The notes below the pieces were generated by a model. It saw nothing but the letters and a program-made list of their open reading frames with translations, made no database searches and had not been told where the DNA came from. Source: Hyaloraphidium curvatum SAG 235-1 (taxonomy: Eukaryota > Fungi > Monoblepharomycota). Taken from it: DNA of 64,000 nt. A program made the translations under genes and the position numbers. Where the stretch lies: positions 1 to 64,000 of the forward strand of contig JAIVFI010000016.1 of assembly GCA_025558095.1 (NCBI GenBank), in the 5' to 3' direction. Position 1 is the stretch's first letter. Each line of letters starts with the position of its first letter. Below are positions 22,430 through 33,318 of the stretch, piece after piece.

Positions 22430-23487
22430 ATGTCCCGTTCCTCCGGTCCTTCGCGCCACCGTAGCCCTCCTGGCGGCCCCTCCGGGGCCTCTGCCTCGCG
22501 CTCCGACGATCTCGTCGAGGTCGTCTTCGTGCAGGACCGGGCGCCGTCGTTCCGCTACCTCCGCGGCAGCCTGGTCGCCCGGGCGCCCGGCTCCGTTTTC
22601 ACGCACCATTTCGGGCCGGACGGGGTCAATGCCGGCAAGAGCTCGCTGCCGGACACGTACACGGTGGACAGGGACAGGGATACATTCCGCCGGTTCGTGG
22701 ATCCGTACCTCCGCGGGTACCCTGCCCCGTCGGCGGAAGACCTCGCCGCTCTGACGCATCGCGTAGGACGCGGCATTCTACGGGCTGCCGGACGAGGAGT
22801 TCCGCCTGCCCGAGCCGGGCCCGCCGTGGGCCGAGTTCGACCTCCCGGGGGTGAGGTTCGTCACCTGGGCCGAGGCGGCCGAGATCGTCGCGGGCCTCGA
22901 ATGGAAGGACAACCGCGCGGTGCTCCCGTGCAAGTTCGCCATCGTGACGAAATCGGACTACCTGTTCAGCTACCGCGTCCGCTTCCAGGACGACGAGGAC
23001 GCCGCGGAAGTCCCCTGGGACGCCAAGCCCGTGCCGGCCTACATCAACGTGCCGAACTGGATCAGCACCAGGCACGAGGCTCCTTCCGAGCGGGGCTTCT
23101 GGAAGCGTCTCGGAGAAGCCTTGGATCGAGCGGGCCAGCGGGAAAAGGACTGCTCCCCTTTCTTGTTGCACCGTTCCTCACGTCGAGGACCTGGTTTGGA
23201 CCGCAATTGTCAAGGGAGCCACCTTCCCGGAGATCGAGATCGGCCCCAACGCGATCGTGCCCGACAAGAATCTTGTCCTTGGCTACGTCACGGCGGTGAT
23301 GCGTCAGCCTTTCGTCTTCTTTGACATTCGCACGATGGTCGACGACGAAGACGGTCACTCGCAATGCTTCGTGGAAGCCATCTACCCCGACCACCATACG
23401 ATGAGGAGTGCCAGCACCACCAAGATGACCCCACTTCTGACGAAGCTCGGCAACCCGATGGAGAAACCCGCCGGCGTGGAGGGGTGA
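22430..23487 (+). CDS. BTB/POZ (KCTD-type) domain protein, exon structure uncertain and possibly disrupted
   Basis: YTVDRDRDTFRRFVDPYLRG..DAAFYGL is a BTB signature. The frame changes near 22765 and 23160 without clear canonical splice donors. Confidence 0.55.
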
Positions 23488-23799
23488 TCGGGCCCGCCAT
23501 CGCGAAAGCACACGGGGATGGCAAGAATGACAACGTGTCGTAGCGCAGAAGAGGCAGTTTACTGATCAGATATGCCGAGAGCTTGTCGCCTCGTCCTGTC
23601 GCCCGGTCGACGAGCTGACGATCGTCGGGTCAGGTGGCGGAGCAGCGCCTCGCCGCAGCAAGCGCCCTCAAACTCCCGACCTGCCGGACCGGAATGGACT
23701 CTTTGCCGGCCCGTCGGAGGGCACGATGACCACTATTATTGCCTTCGCTCTCGGCTAGCGCCATTTTCGGACGGCGGAGGGTGTTTTGACTGCCCCGCC

Positions 23800-24765
23800 A
23801 TGTCGGCCGCGACGTGGATCGTCTCGCTCATCGCGTGCGCAGCGGCGGCCGGCATCGCCTTCACCATCTTCTACTGCACGCGCACGACGCTGCGGCCCGA
23901 GGCGCCGGCGGAAAAGGCGACCGAGCCGGAGGACGGCGGCGACCTCGAGGGCTCGTTCCGCTCGCTGTCGCCGCCGCCGTCGACCGGCGAGTGGGTGCCC
24001 GACGGGCTGCGGACCGATTTGCCGGCGCGGACGCTGGAGGGCGAAAGGGACGTGCTGTCGCTGTACGCCGCGTCGGCCGAGGGCTCGAGGGCCGGCACGC
24101 CGGGGGGCTACACGCTGCCGGCCGCCTACTCCCTGCGGGCCACCAACCAGGCCGCCAGCACCCTTCCAGCGGGCTACTCGTTGCCGGCAGGCTACTCGCT
24201 CTCCGCCGACGAGCAGGCAGCCGCAGCAGCAGCCGCCGCCGGCCGCCAGGGCCGAAGCTACCTCTCCACTCCCTCTCCACAACCTCCTGCCCCTCCTCCC
24301 CAACCTCCCTCCCCGAACCCCCGCCAATCCCGCCGCAAACGCCGCCCGGACTTCATCCCCATTTCCTACTCCCGACCCCAGTCGCAGCCTCCCCCCGCCG
24401 GCGCCCCCCGCGGCCCATCTCCCGCGTATCCGGCGGCCTCGGAGCTCGGCGAGCCGGCGATCCTCGCGAAACCGCTGAGCCCGCCGGTGCCGCCGACGGA
24501 AATCTCGGCGGCGGTGCTGCCGGGGTACGACGCGAGGATGGGGCCGTTCGGGGCGGCGGCGCAGAGCACCATCGCGTCGGGGAGCGGGCTCCCTTCCGGA
24601 CAGGCGCAGGGGCAGGTGGAGAGGGGGAGGTCGACGCGCAAGGCGAGGAGGGCGAGGTCCGCGGAGAGGGCGGGGGAGCCGTCGGGGACGGCGGGCGCGC
24701 CGGCCGCGCCCGGACGGTCCACGACCGAGGACGCGCTCTACGATCTCTACGGGGACGAGACATAG
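23800..24765 (+). CDS. Hypothetical single-pass membrane protein with Pro-rich tail
   Basis: N-terminal TM segment (WIVSLIACAAAAGIAFTIFYC), repeated LPAGYS motifs, coding-like GC3. Confidence 0.65.
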   Translation: MSAATWIVSLIACAAAAGIAFTIFYCTRTTLRPEAPAEKATEPEDGGDLEGSFRSLSPPPSTGEWVPDGLRTDLPARTLEGERDVLSLYAASAEGSRAGTPGGYTLPAAYSLRATNQAASTLPAGYSLPAGYSLSADEQAAAAAAAAGRQGRSYLSTPSPQPPAPPPQPPSPNPRQSRRKRRPDFIPISYSRPQSQPPPAGAPRGPSPAYPAASELGEPAILAKPLSPPVPPTEISAAVLPGYDARMGPFGAAAQSTIASGSGLPSGQAQGQVERGRSTRKARRARSAERAGEPSGTAGAPAAPGRSTTEDALYDLYGDET

Positions 24766-24845
24766 GAGGCGCGGGCGAGAGTCGTTCAAGGTGCCCGTTA
24801 TCGGCAGTGTATGTTGAGGTCGCTACAGTACAGAGTTGCGGCTCT

Positions 24846-26268
24846 TCAGAACGGTGCGTCGGTCCACTCGGGCTCGTCGTCAAGGTTCTTGCTGCTCTTT
24901 ATGCCGGCGTCGTCTTCGGTCATTTTGAGCGAATTGTGGACGTAGATCCAGCACCGGACACCCAGGAAAGTAGTGTCGCCATGCTTTTCGAGGAACCGTT
25001 CGTTCGGGTCCAAGATCCTGGCCGCGGCGCCGAAAGTCTGCCATCCTCGACCATGCGTTCTCGTGATCAACGCGCAACAGGTTTTGGCCGGCGGAGAAAT
25101 CTTGCTCGAGATCAACTGAATCTTCATCTTCACCTGAGCCCAAGCGTGATCGGCCGCGGCGGTGAGTTGCAAAAAGAGCCCCAACCTCGTGCCGTTGAAC
25201 TCCGCCCTCAGCTCCCAAGTCAAGCCGTTGGCAAGGAACGGTAACGATACATAGGCGAGACCGTTGCCGCCATTGAACACGAAGGAGCGTCCTTCGCAGT
25301 CGTCGGGCAGCAGGCTCGGAGGCAGGTGTGCACACAGGCTGCCCTTGTACCCGATCGGAATCCGCACGACCGTGCAGCACGAGGCTTCCAGCTTCATCTT
25401 CAAAAGGTCTACCTCGTCGCGGTGTCGCGAGAGCAAGGAATCCTCGAGGAGGCTGATGCGCTCCTCGAACTTGACTGCCATCCGTTCCTCAAGCTTTGAC
25501 GTTTCGGAGACCATCCTTTCCTCGAGCTCCGAGACCCTCCGCATGAACAGCTGCAGGTGGTCCTCTACAGCGGACTTCCGGTGCTCCGAATGGGCGTCGG
25601 CAGGTCCCTGCCACGATGATTCCGAATCAGATCGAAAGCCCTCGTTCTCGGATTGACCGAAACGAGCCCACCTTGAACTCGCACAACGGGTAGCTGCACG
25701 ACACAATCCTCTTGGGGCAGTCCTCGGTGTGGCTACCCGCGTCCTTGCGCGCAACTTGGACATCGCAACCCTCGTTCACACATGCGACCAGACCAGACTC
25801 GCACGACTCTTCCTGGTGCCTCTGCCGGCCCACACGTGTCACAAGACGCGTTCAAGCGCACGGCCCGGCATGCTGCCCACCTCCATGGTGGCCGGAGCCT
25901 CCACGGTCTCCCCGCACAGGTTGCACCTCAGACTCGAGCAGGCCACCTTGTGCCCGTCCAGATCCTCAAAGCCGACCACCTGTTCCGCAACCCCACGGGC
26001 ACGACACGGGGTATCTTCGGAGCACCTCCCAGAAGGCCTTGTCGTTCTTGACCGATTTTGCCTCGACCCATTTCGCGCGGCAGCAGGGACACTTGCGGTC
26101 CGCCCGCCTCTTGTTCTTCTGCAGCGACGCCACACATCCGCGGCAGAAGAAATGCGAGCACGCGTTCTTGCCCCTGTTGCCGCACAGGTACACGGGGTCG
26201 GCGCTGGGCAGGAGTTCGCTGAGGCAGACCGGGCAGGTCGCGAAAGGCGCGTCGCCGGGGGCGAGCAT
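24846..26268 (-). pseudogene. TRAF-like RING + TRAF zinc fingers + coiled coil + MATH protein; 1-nt frameshift near 25982
   Basis: RING CPVC..CSHFFCRGC..CPCC. TRAF fingers H..SC..VACVNEGC..H..DCPKRIVSCSYPLC. MATH TWEL..GRGWQTF..ILDP..FLE. The frameshift is inferred by aligning CPWGCG|QVVGFED with paralog CPFGCGGRVAIED. Confidence 0.75.
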
Positions 26269-26782
26269 CGCGGGTGCACGGGGCGGGGGGGATGCGCGCG
26301 CCGACAAGAATGGGAAAGCCACGAGTTCGGCGGTTCGCGTGTCGAGAGACACGCCGGGGCGGCGGGGCGATGGTCCTTTCCGCGAGCCAAGTTGGGGGGA
26401 CAATGGCCAGCTGCATCCGCGGTGGCAATACCGACGGCGGGCAATCCACAGGCCTTGCTAGTTCTTAGGTCTACATGTAACCGATGCGATTCAAGATATC
26501 ATCCATCAGTCATCATTCCTCGATGAGATGGCTTGGTGCGAGTGAACAGCTCAGGACGAAGTCAGGATGAGAACCAGCGCTGCAGGGACGATAATTGGCC
26601 AAAGCTGGTCGCCATCATTGCCAGTTGGATGATGCACGGGTCCCGACAGTGCAGCTTTGTGGCTTCGATCCGGCATTTGCCGGCCGGCGGAACAATCGGC
26701 GGGGGACACTCCGTGGTTCCCCGCGCCACCGGGCAAAGACGCGTCCATTCCCGCCGAATCCCGCCGCCATCGCCCGCACGAC

Positions 26783-27799
26783 ATGCTCCCAGTGCGATTC
26801 TCGCGCACGCCGTCTCTCTTCCCTCTGCCGCCCGGCATCGCCCGCACCATCCTCGCGACGCGGTCCGGCGCGCTTGAGCTGCTCTCCGCCCCCGCGTCGC
26901 CCTCCGCCGCCGTCTCGCCGCGACCGCACGTGCTCTTTGTGCACGGCGGCTTCGGATTCCCGGGCGTGTGGGTGCCGTGGATGTCGGCGCTCGCCGCGGC
27001 CGGGTACGCGTCACGTGCAGTCGGCCTTCGTGGACATGGGGCGAGCTGGGGACCGCCTTACCTCAAAATGTGGATGGGCACGACTGCAAACATGCTGGCA
27101 GAGGACGTGGCCGCCGCGGCCAAGGACGCCGAGGCCGCGGAGGGCTCGCCGCCCGTGCTGGTCGGCCACAGCTCGGGCGGCGGTCTCGTGCAGTGGGTGC
27201 TCGGCAACGGGATGGCCAGAGCCAAGGCGATGGTGCTGGTCGGCGCCGTCCCGCACTTTGGCTCCATGGGCGTCTATCGGAACTGGTTCCGCCTCGACCC
27301 GTGGTTCATGACCCGGAGCCTATTGCACCTGCAGCACCCTCGCTCCCCCCTCTCTTCCACGCGGCTGGTCAAGGCCGCCTTCTTTGGGCCCACCTTCCCC
27401 GACGCCGAGGTGCGGGAGTTCGAACGCTGGATGCCAGAGTACGAGAGCCTGGCGTGGCCGCTGGCCATGATGCGGCCTTTCGTCTCGGCGGGCGAGGTGG
27501 TCGCCAGCATCGAGCCCACGCCAGAGGGCGTCGACGCGGACCGCGTGATGATCCTCTCCGGCACGCTGGACCGGCTCATGGACCCTCCGATCCAGCTCCG
27601 CGCTGCGGAGGAGTACAGGCTCGCGCTCGGGGGCGCCGGGGCGCCGTTCGACGACAAACTGCCGGCGCAGGGATGGCGCGTGCAGCGCCGGGGCGGGGTT
27701 TCGTACGGGCTCGTCGCGGGTGCGGGGCACCACGTGCAGAACGACCTGCAGAAGGAAGAGGGGGCGGAGGCGCTGCTGCAGTTCCTGGACAGGCTGTGA
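26783..27799 (+). CDS. Alpha/beta hydrolase (Abhydrolase_6-like), intronless
   Basis: LFVHGG, LRGHGAS, nucleophile GHSSGG, GTLDRLM and GAGHHVQND. Confidence 0.9.
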   Translation: MLPVRFSRTPSLFPLPPGIARTILATRSGALELLSAPASPSAAVSPRPHVLFVHGGFGFPGVWVPWMSALAAAGYASRAVGLRGHGASWGPPYLKMWMGTTANMLAEDVAAAAKDAEAAEGSPPVLVGHSSGGGLVQWVLGNGMARAKAMVLVGAVPHFGSMGVYRNWFRLDPWFMTRSLLHLQHPRSPLSSTRLVKAAFFGPTFPDAEVREFERWMPEYESLAWPLAMMRPFVSAGEVVASIEPTPEGVDADRVMILSGTLDRLMDPPIQLRAAEEYRLALGGAGAPFDDKLPAQGWRVQRRGGVSYGLVAGAGHHVQNDLQKEEGAEALLQFLDRL

Positions 27800-27856
27800 A
27801 AACGCACAGGGTTGTTGGACTTCAATGCAAGACGCTGCGGTACAGTTCGGGGCTCC

Positions 27857-29053
27857 TCAGAAGGACGCCTCGGTCCACTCAGGCTCGTTGCTGAGGTCCA
27901 TCGTCTCGGATCCATCAACCTCGCACGACTGCAGGGAATCGCGAACGTAGATCCAGCACCGAGCGCTCAGGAACGTGACGTCGCCTCGCGTTTCGAGGAA
28001 TCCTTTCCCTGGGTCCAGCAACCGGTCCTTCGCAATGAACTCGGGCCAGCCAAACCCCCAGCCTCTGACAATGATCGCGCGAAGAACTTGTTCGGTTGGA
28101 GAACGATCCTTGCTTGATATCAATTCAGCCTTCCACTTCACTTGCGCCCAAGCATAGTGCCCCTCGATGGAAACGCGCAAGTAGGGCCCCATTTTCGTGC
28201 CACTGAAATCTGCCTTCAGCTCCCACGTCACGCCACCCGAAAGGCATGGCAACGAAATGAATACGGCGCCAACACCGTCGTCCAGCCTGTAAGATCGCCC
28301 ATCTTTGCAATCGTCCGGCAGCAGGGTGGGAGGTAGACTCCCCTTGTAACCGATCGGGATTCTGACGACCGCGGAGCACGACGCCTCCAGCTTCGACTTC
28401 AGCAGCTTAACCTCGGCCCCGTGTCGCGCGATGACGCCGTCCTTGAGGCGTTTGATCTCGGCAGCCATCCGGTCCGCGAACTTGCCCGTGATCCGCTCCT
28501 CAAGCTTGGCAGCATCCGCCGCGGTTCGACCTCAGCGCCCGTTCCTCGACGTCCAACAGCTTTCTCATAGCAAGCCGGAGATGCTCTTTTCCGGCGGCCT
28601 CCTCGTGCTCCTGCTGGGCATCCGCGGGTCCCTGCCAGGTGGGCCTTGTCATGCACAGAATGGCACACCCCGAGCCGGAAAGCTGCCCACCTTGTGCTCA
28701 CAGAGCGGGTAGGTGCACGAAACGATCCTTTTCGGGCACACGACGGCGTGCACGGCCACGTCCTTGCGCGCCACCGGCACCTGGCACCCCTGGTTGACGC
28801 AGTCGACCAGAGCAGCCTCGCAGGATTCTTTCTGGTGCCTCTACCAGCCCCAGAGGATCAGACGATGTGACCGAGATCGCTATGTGCAGCGCCCACCTCT
28901 ATGGTGAGGGGAGGTGGCACGCACGCTCCGCACAGATTGCACGCACACTGCGTGGCCGCCCGCGCCGCAGAGGTACACCGGGTCGGCGCTGGGGAGGTTC
29001 TCGTCCTTGCAGACCGCGCAGGTCGTGAAGGGCGCTTGGGCTCTGGCGTCCAT
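27857..29053 (-). pseudogene. TRAF-like paralog with internal deletion of the RING C-half and frameshifts
   Basis: CAVC..LPSADPVYLCG jumps out of frame to CNLCGACVPPP near 28945. A second frameshift lies near 28525. The MATH part is intact and ends EPEWTEASF. Confidence 0.75.
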
Positions 29054-29553
29054 CGCGGTCGGAGGTGGGGATTGTAGCAGCACGCTCCGAAGGGAGAGAG
29101 CAGCGAGTCCGGCCTGGGCAAACAGAAACGCTCCGGTCGTGTGTCGCGCTTCGGTCGTGCGTCGGCTTTTGGGATCGGTGACGTGTAGCTTCGTGATTCA
29201 CCCCCGCTGTGCATCTGATCCAAATCACAATTGAGGTCAGCGGATGCCAGCGTGCCTTTGACTATTTCCTTGCTCTTTGATTTTCGCGATATCATGTTGC
29301 AGTGAAGACAGCCTGCGGAGGCGTATGGATGAAAGGACCAGACCTGCTCTTCCAAGGCCGCCGTGCAACCTCCCCTTCTCCAATTAGAAAACTCAAGCGG
29401 AAGTCGTTTCCTCTCTCATCCGAAAGTGGATTCCCGGCTTCCGAGCCCGATCACCACATTGCGCAAGGGCACGTGTTGCTGGACCCGGCGCGGAAGGGAT
29501 TGTTTGGCCGACATCGCCGCTTCCCGACTGGGCCGGGCACCGGCTCCGTCGCC

Positions 29554-30603
29554 ATGGACCTCTCTTCGAGGACAATCACCGTGGACGACCTCCTGCTGAC
29601 CCTGCCGAAGGTCACCGTGCCGGAACCGCCGCCGACGGGGCTGCGGAAGGCGCGAAAGCGGGTCGAGGAAATCGTCGAACACCCCGCGTTCCAATGGACC
29701 GTGGTCGTCCTCATCCTGCTGAATGCGGTCATTCTGGGCTGCCAGACGTCGGCGGCAATACAGGCCGCGGCGGGGGACGCGCTGGACATCGTCGACCGGG
29801 TGCTGCTGGCCGTCTTCACCGTCGAGCTGGCGTTGAGGGCGTTCGCGATGGGATGGGGGTTCTTTCGGGATCCGTGGGTTCCGCCGTCTTCCTGGCAGCG
29901 GAATGTGCGCTGACCGCATACGCTGTCGGTCCCCAGGTGGTGTCTGTTTGACCTCGTGATCATCTCTGTCTCGTGGGTCCCCGCGGGGGACACCCTGTCC
30001 GTGCTGCGGGCGCTCCGGACGCTGCGGGTACTCCGCCTCATCTCCGTGCTGCAGAGCCTCCGCAATGTGGTCGAGGCGATGCTCGCCGCGGTCCCGGGCA
30101 TGGCCAGCATCTCCCTCCTCCTCTTCCTCATGTTCTACGTCTTTGGCGTCATGGCCGTACCGCTCTTTGGCGAGACGCAGCCCATGTACTTCGGCACCCT
30201 GGGAGACTCGCTCTTCACCCTCTTCCAGATCATGACCCTCGAGAACTGGTCCGAGATCGTGCGCGAGGCCATGTCGCAGCACTGGTACGCCCTCCCCTTC
30301 TTCCTCCCCTTCATCATCATCTCCACCTTCGTCATCCTCAACCTGTTCATCGGCGTCATCGTCGACTCGATCCAGAACATGCACGAGCAGCGGGCCGCGG
30401 CGGACCCCAAGATGCGCGCGGCCGAGGCGCGCAAGCGCGCCGAGGCGGACAACACGCGGAAGCTGCTGGAGGAGATCAGGGCGCTGCGGGCAGGCAACGC
30501 GCTCGGGAAAGAGGGGGACGTCGAGACGCTCAGCCCGTCGCCGGGGCCGGGTGCGGAGAGCGGGCTGGCGCCGGCGCCGAGCTCGCGGAGGGCGTCAAGC
30601 TGA
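29554..30603 (+). CDS. Single-domain 6TM voltage-gated cation channel, BacNav/CatSper-like; one intron 29874-29936
   Basis: FFRDPWCLFD, S4 VLRALRTLRVLRLIS, pore FTLFQIMTLENWSEIVR, S6 ILNLFIGVIVD and a C-terminal coiled coil. Confidence 0.92.
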
Positions 30604-30848
30604 ACAATGGGCGCGGGGCGTTCTCCATGACGGGCTAGAATTCCAGGGTCATCTGTACAGCGATTCAATGATACCTTTATCGTCGATTTAAATGGCCGAT
30701 CTCGGGACAGAAACGAGCAACAGTCGACGAAGTCATTTGACGGGCGGGCGGGCGGGAGCGAAGAAAGCCGCCTGCAACCCGAACGCCCACATTCCCCCCC
30801 GGTCGCCCCTCACTCGTCCCCCCCCTACCGCACGTTACAACACCCATC

Positions 30849-31670
30849 ATGGTGGGCCTGACGCCGGCCTTCGCGGCCCGTCGCGGGCCGCCCCGGGGAA
30901 CCGCCAGCTCACGCTCCCGCGTCCTTTTCGTGTCGCTCCTCTCCAATGCCCTCCCTCCTCCCCTCCGCCCTCCCTCTCTCCTGTACGCCCGTACTCCGTT
31001 GTGCCCGCAGTCTGGAAAGGGCGGCGGCAAGTCCGGCAAGTCCGGCAAGGCGGGCGGCGAATCCAAGAGCAAGTCGCGCTCGTCCCGCGCCGGTCTCCAG
31101 TTCCCCGTCGGCCGCATCCACCGTCTTCTCCGCAAGGGCAACTACGCTCCCAGGTGAGATGCGGGGGACACTTAGGAAGGAGGACAGGGGTTTTTCGGAC
31201 CGCTCCCGGCCTCGGCTCGTAGGAGATCTGCCTTTTCTCGAACTGACGCAATGCCCCGTCCTCCTCCCCAGGATCGGCTCCGGTGCCCCCGTCTACCTCG
31301 CCGCCGTGCTCGAGTACCTCGTCGCCGAGATCCTCGAGCTCGCCGGCAACGCCGCCCGCGACAACAAGAAGTCCCGGTTCGTGCGACGCCCCTTCACGTG
31401 CCGCCGACGAGGTTCCCTGATTGCGCCCCTTTCCCGCAGCATCATCCCCCGTCACCTGCAGCTGGCCATCAGGAACGACGAGGAGCTGAACAAGCTGCTG
31501 GGCAACGTGACGATCGCGCAGGGTGGAGGTGCGGTCGGGCCGGGGCGAGTCGTCGGGGCGTTCTAACTTTTCGTCCTTTGCGGATGCGGCCGGCAGTGCT
31601 CCCCAACATCCACTCGATCCTCCTGCCCAAGAAGAGCGGACCGAAGAAGGGAGCTTCGGTGGAGGAGTAG
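30849..31670 (+). CDS. H2A: Histone H2A, 4 introns
   Basis: [57 protein letters not shown] and VLPNIH. Confidence 0.97.
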
Positions 31671-32253
31671 GCGGGGTCGGGGGACCATCAGCTGGCCGCA
31701 GGAGGCACAGGCCCGGAGGATCAACGCGGAATGGCCACGAAGGAGGATTCAAGTGCGAAGGAATGGTGGGCCAGGTGGATTGGGCTGCATTTTCGGTGAA
31801 TGAGGACGGATGGATCGTTCGGCATCTCTGCGTGTCTTGCCCGCACCCATCGATCTACGTCCCGTCCACGCAAGGCGCACCTAGCGGGCGTCGACGTCCG
31901 AGCGAGGAGCACTCGGCAAGCCGAGGATCGGATGGCTAACAAAAGCGAGATCGGAGCGAGCCGCGGGCAACCATCCGGGCTGGTGCGACGGTGTCAGGCC
32001 GAAGTAGGGAACCCCGAAATCCCCGGTATCTCTTCCCGTGCATTTCTTGATTTAACCGGCCTGAAGGGCATCCAACAACGTGCACGGAAGCACTGTGGAG
32101 GTGGCCCAGCCAGCGATCTGAATCGTCGATGCGACCTGGCGGTTCGACAGGTTCGTGCTCGTTGCCCTGACTCTTCCCGTCCTCCGCTCGGGGCACTGCG
32201 CCCCTCTATCCCTCATCCAACTCACCACCAGCAACGCACACCAACACGCCACC

Positions 32254-32870
32254 ATAAAAGGCACCGCCAAGCCCGCCCTCGCTGTGTTCTTGGCCGCCGC
32301 CGTCGTCCTCGCGGCCTTTGCAGGGTCAGTGCTCCGCTGCTGCCGGACCCGCCCCGAGGCCTGATTCTCTGTTCCCCATGCTCGCCAGGTCTGCCGTGGC
32401 GGCCCCCGCGGGGGAGTCCCACGTCCGGTTCGTCCGCTCCTGCTCCGAATGCGACGTCTCTTCGTTCTGGTGCGCCTGCCCGCTGTTCGCCGCTCGGCGG
32501 ACGCAGCTCACCCTCCCCCCTGCAGCGAGTTCGCCCACCCCGGCGCCCCCGCGGGCCTCGTCGCCTGCGTCTCGCACGACGCTGGCCGCACCGCCCTGTA
32601 CCGCCGCTACGCCTCGGGCTTCACCTCCGGCGGCGCGCAGAAATGTGCGGCCTCGGCCTGGCGCCGATCGCCGTCAGCGCCCTCGCCCAGTCCGCGTGCG
32701 AAGCGTCGTGCGCGGGGGATGGGTTCTGCGCGGGGTACATCCATATCGCGGGGAGCGACTTCTGCATCACGTTCAGCGCGATCGGGGGCAAGGCGCCGGC
32801 GGCGGGGTACACGATGATGGTCAAGGGTACCTGCCCCGGGGACGTCAGCCCGAGCGAGTGCCCTGCTTGA
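32254..32870 (+). pseudogene. LYRRY-module secreted protein (family member 5): start codon lost and frameshifted
   Basis: gccaccATA stands where ATG is expected, ahead of a signal peptide. FVRSCSECDVSSFC|EFAHPGAPAGLVACVSHDAGRTALYRRY follows. The frame shifts near 32646 before CEASCAGDGFC..KGTCP. Confidence 0.75.
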
Positions 32871-33318
32871 GGATGGACTTCTCATCCCGTTCCGTCGATG
32901 AGGACGAGCGGTTGATTCGAGCTCGCACAAGTTTCATGGACAGCAACAGCAATTATATAATTCAACAGACATGTAGAGCTCAACATCGTATGATAGAGAA
33001 GCAGAGCTACAAGGAAGACATGGCGCAACTCCGGATGACTTCCTGTCGAATACTGGTGAGGTCGGGAAGCACGCGAGTCACCTCTGAGCCGACATCATCG
33101 ATCTATCTCGAGAACGCCAAGGCAGCAGTAGCTGGAATGTTAGACGATCTCTGCCATCGAGAGGTTTGCGGCCTGGAAAGCTGCTTTGTGTCGTGCCAGC
33201 GGTGCGAGCCTGGAAGCCGGGGCACGGGTGGACCCGACGGCCCGCAACGCGTCACGGTGTTCCGCACGCGCCGTTCCGCCGCCAGCCCCGCCCATCGCGG
33301 CGCGGATCCCGTTCCGAA

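Noticed and set aside
32870-33250. Lower-GC open stretch within ORF 32318-33454
   Set aside because: No recognisable motif and atypical codon usage, so treated as intergenic.
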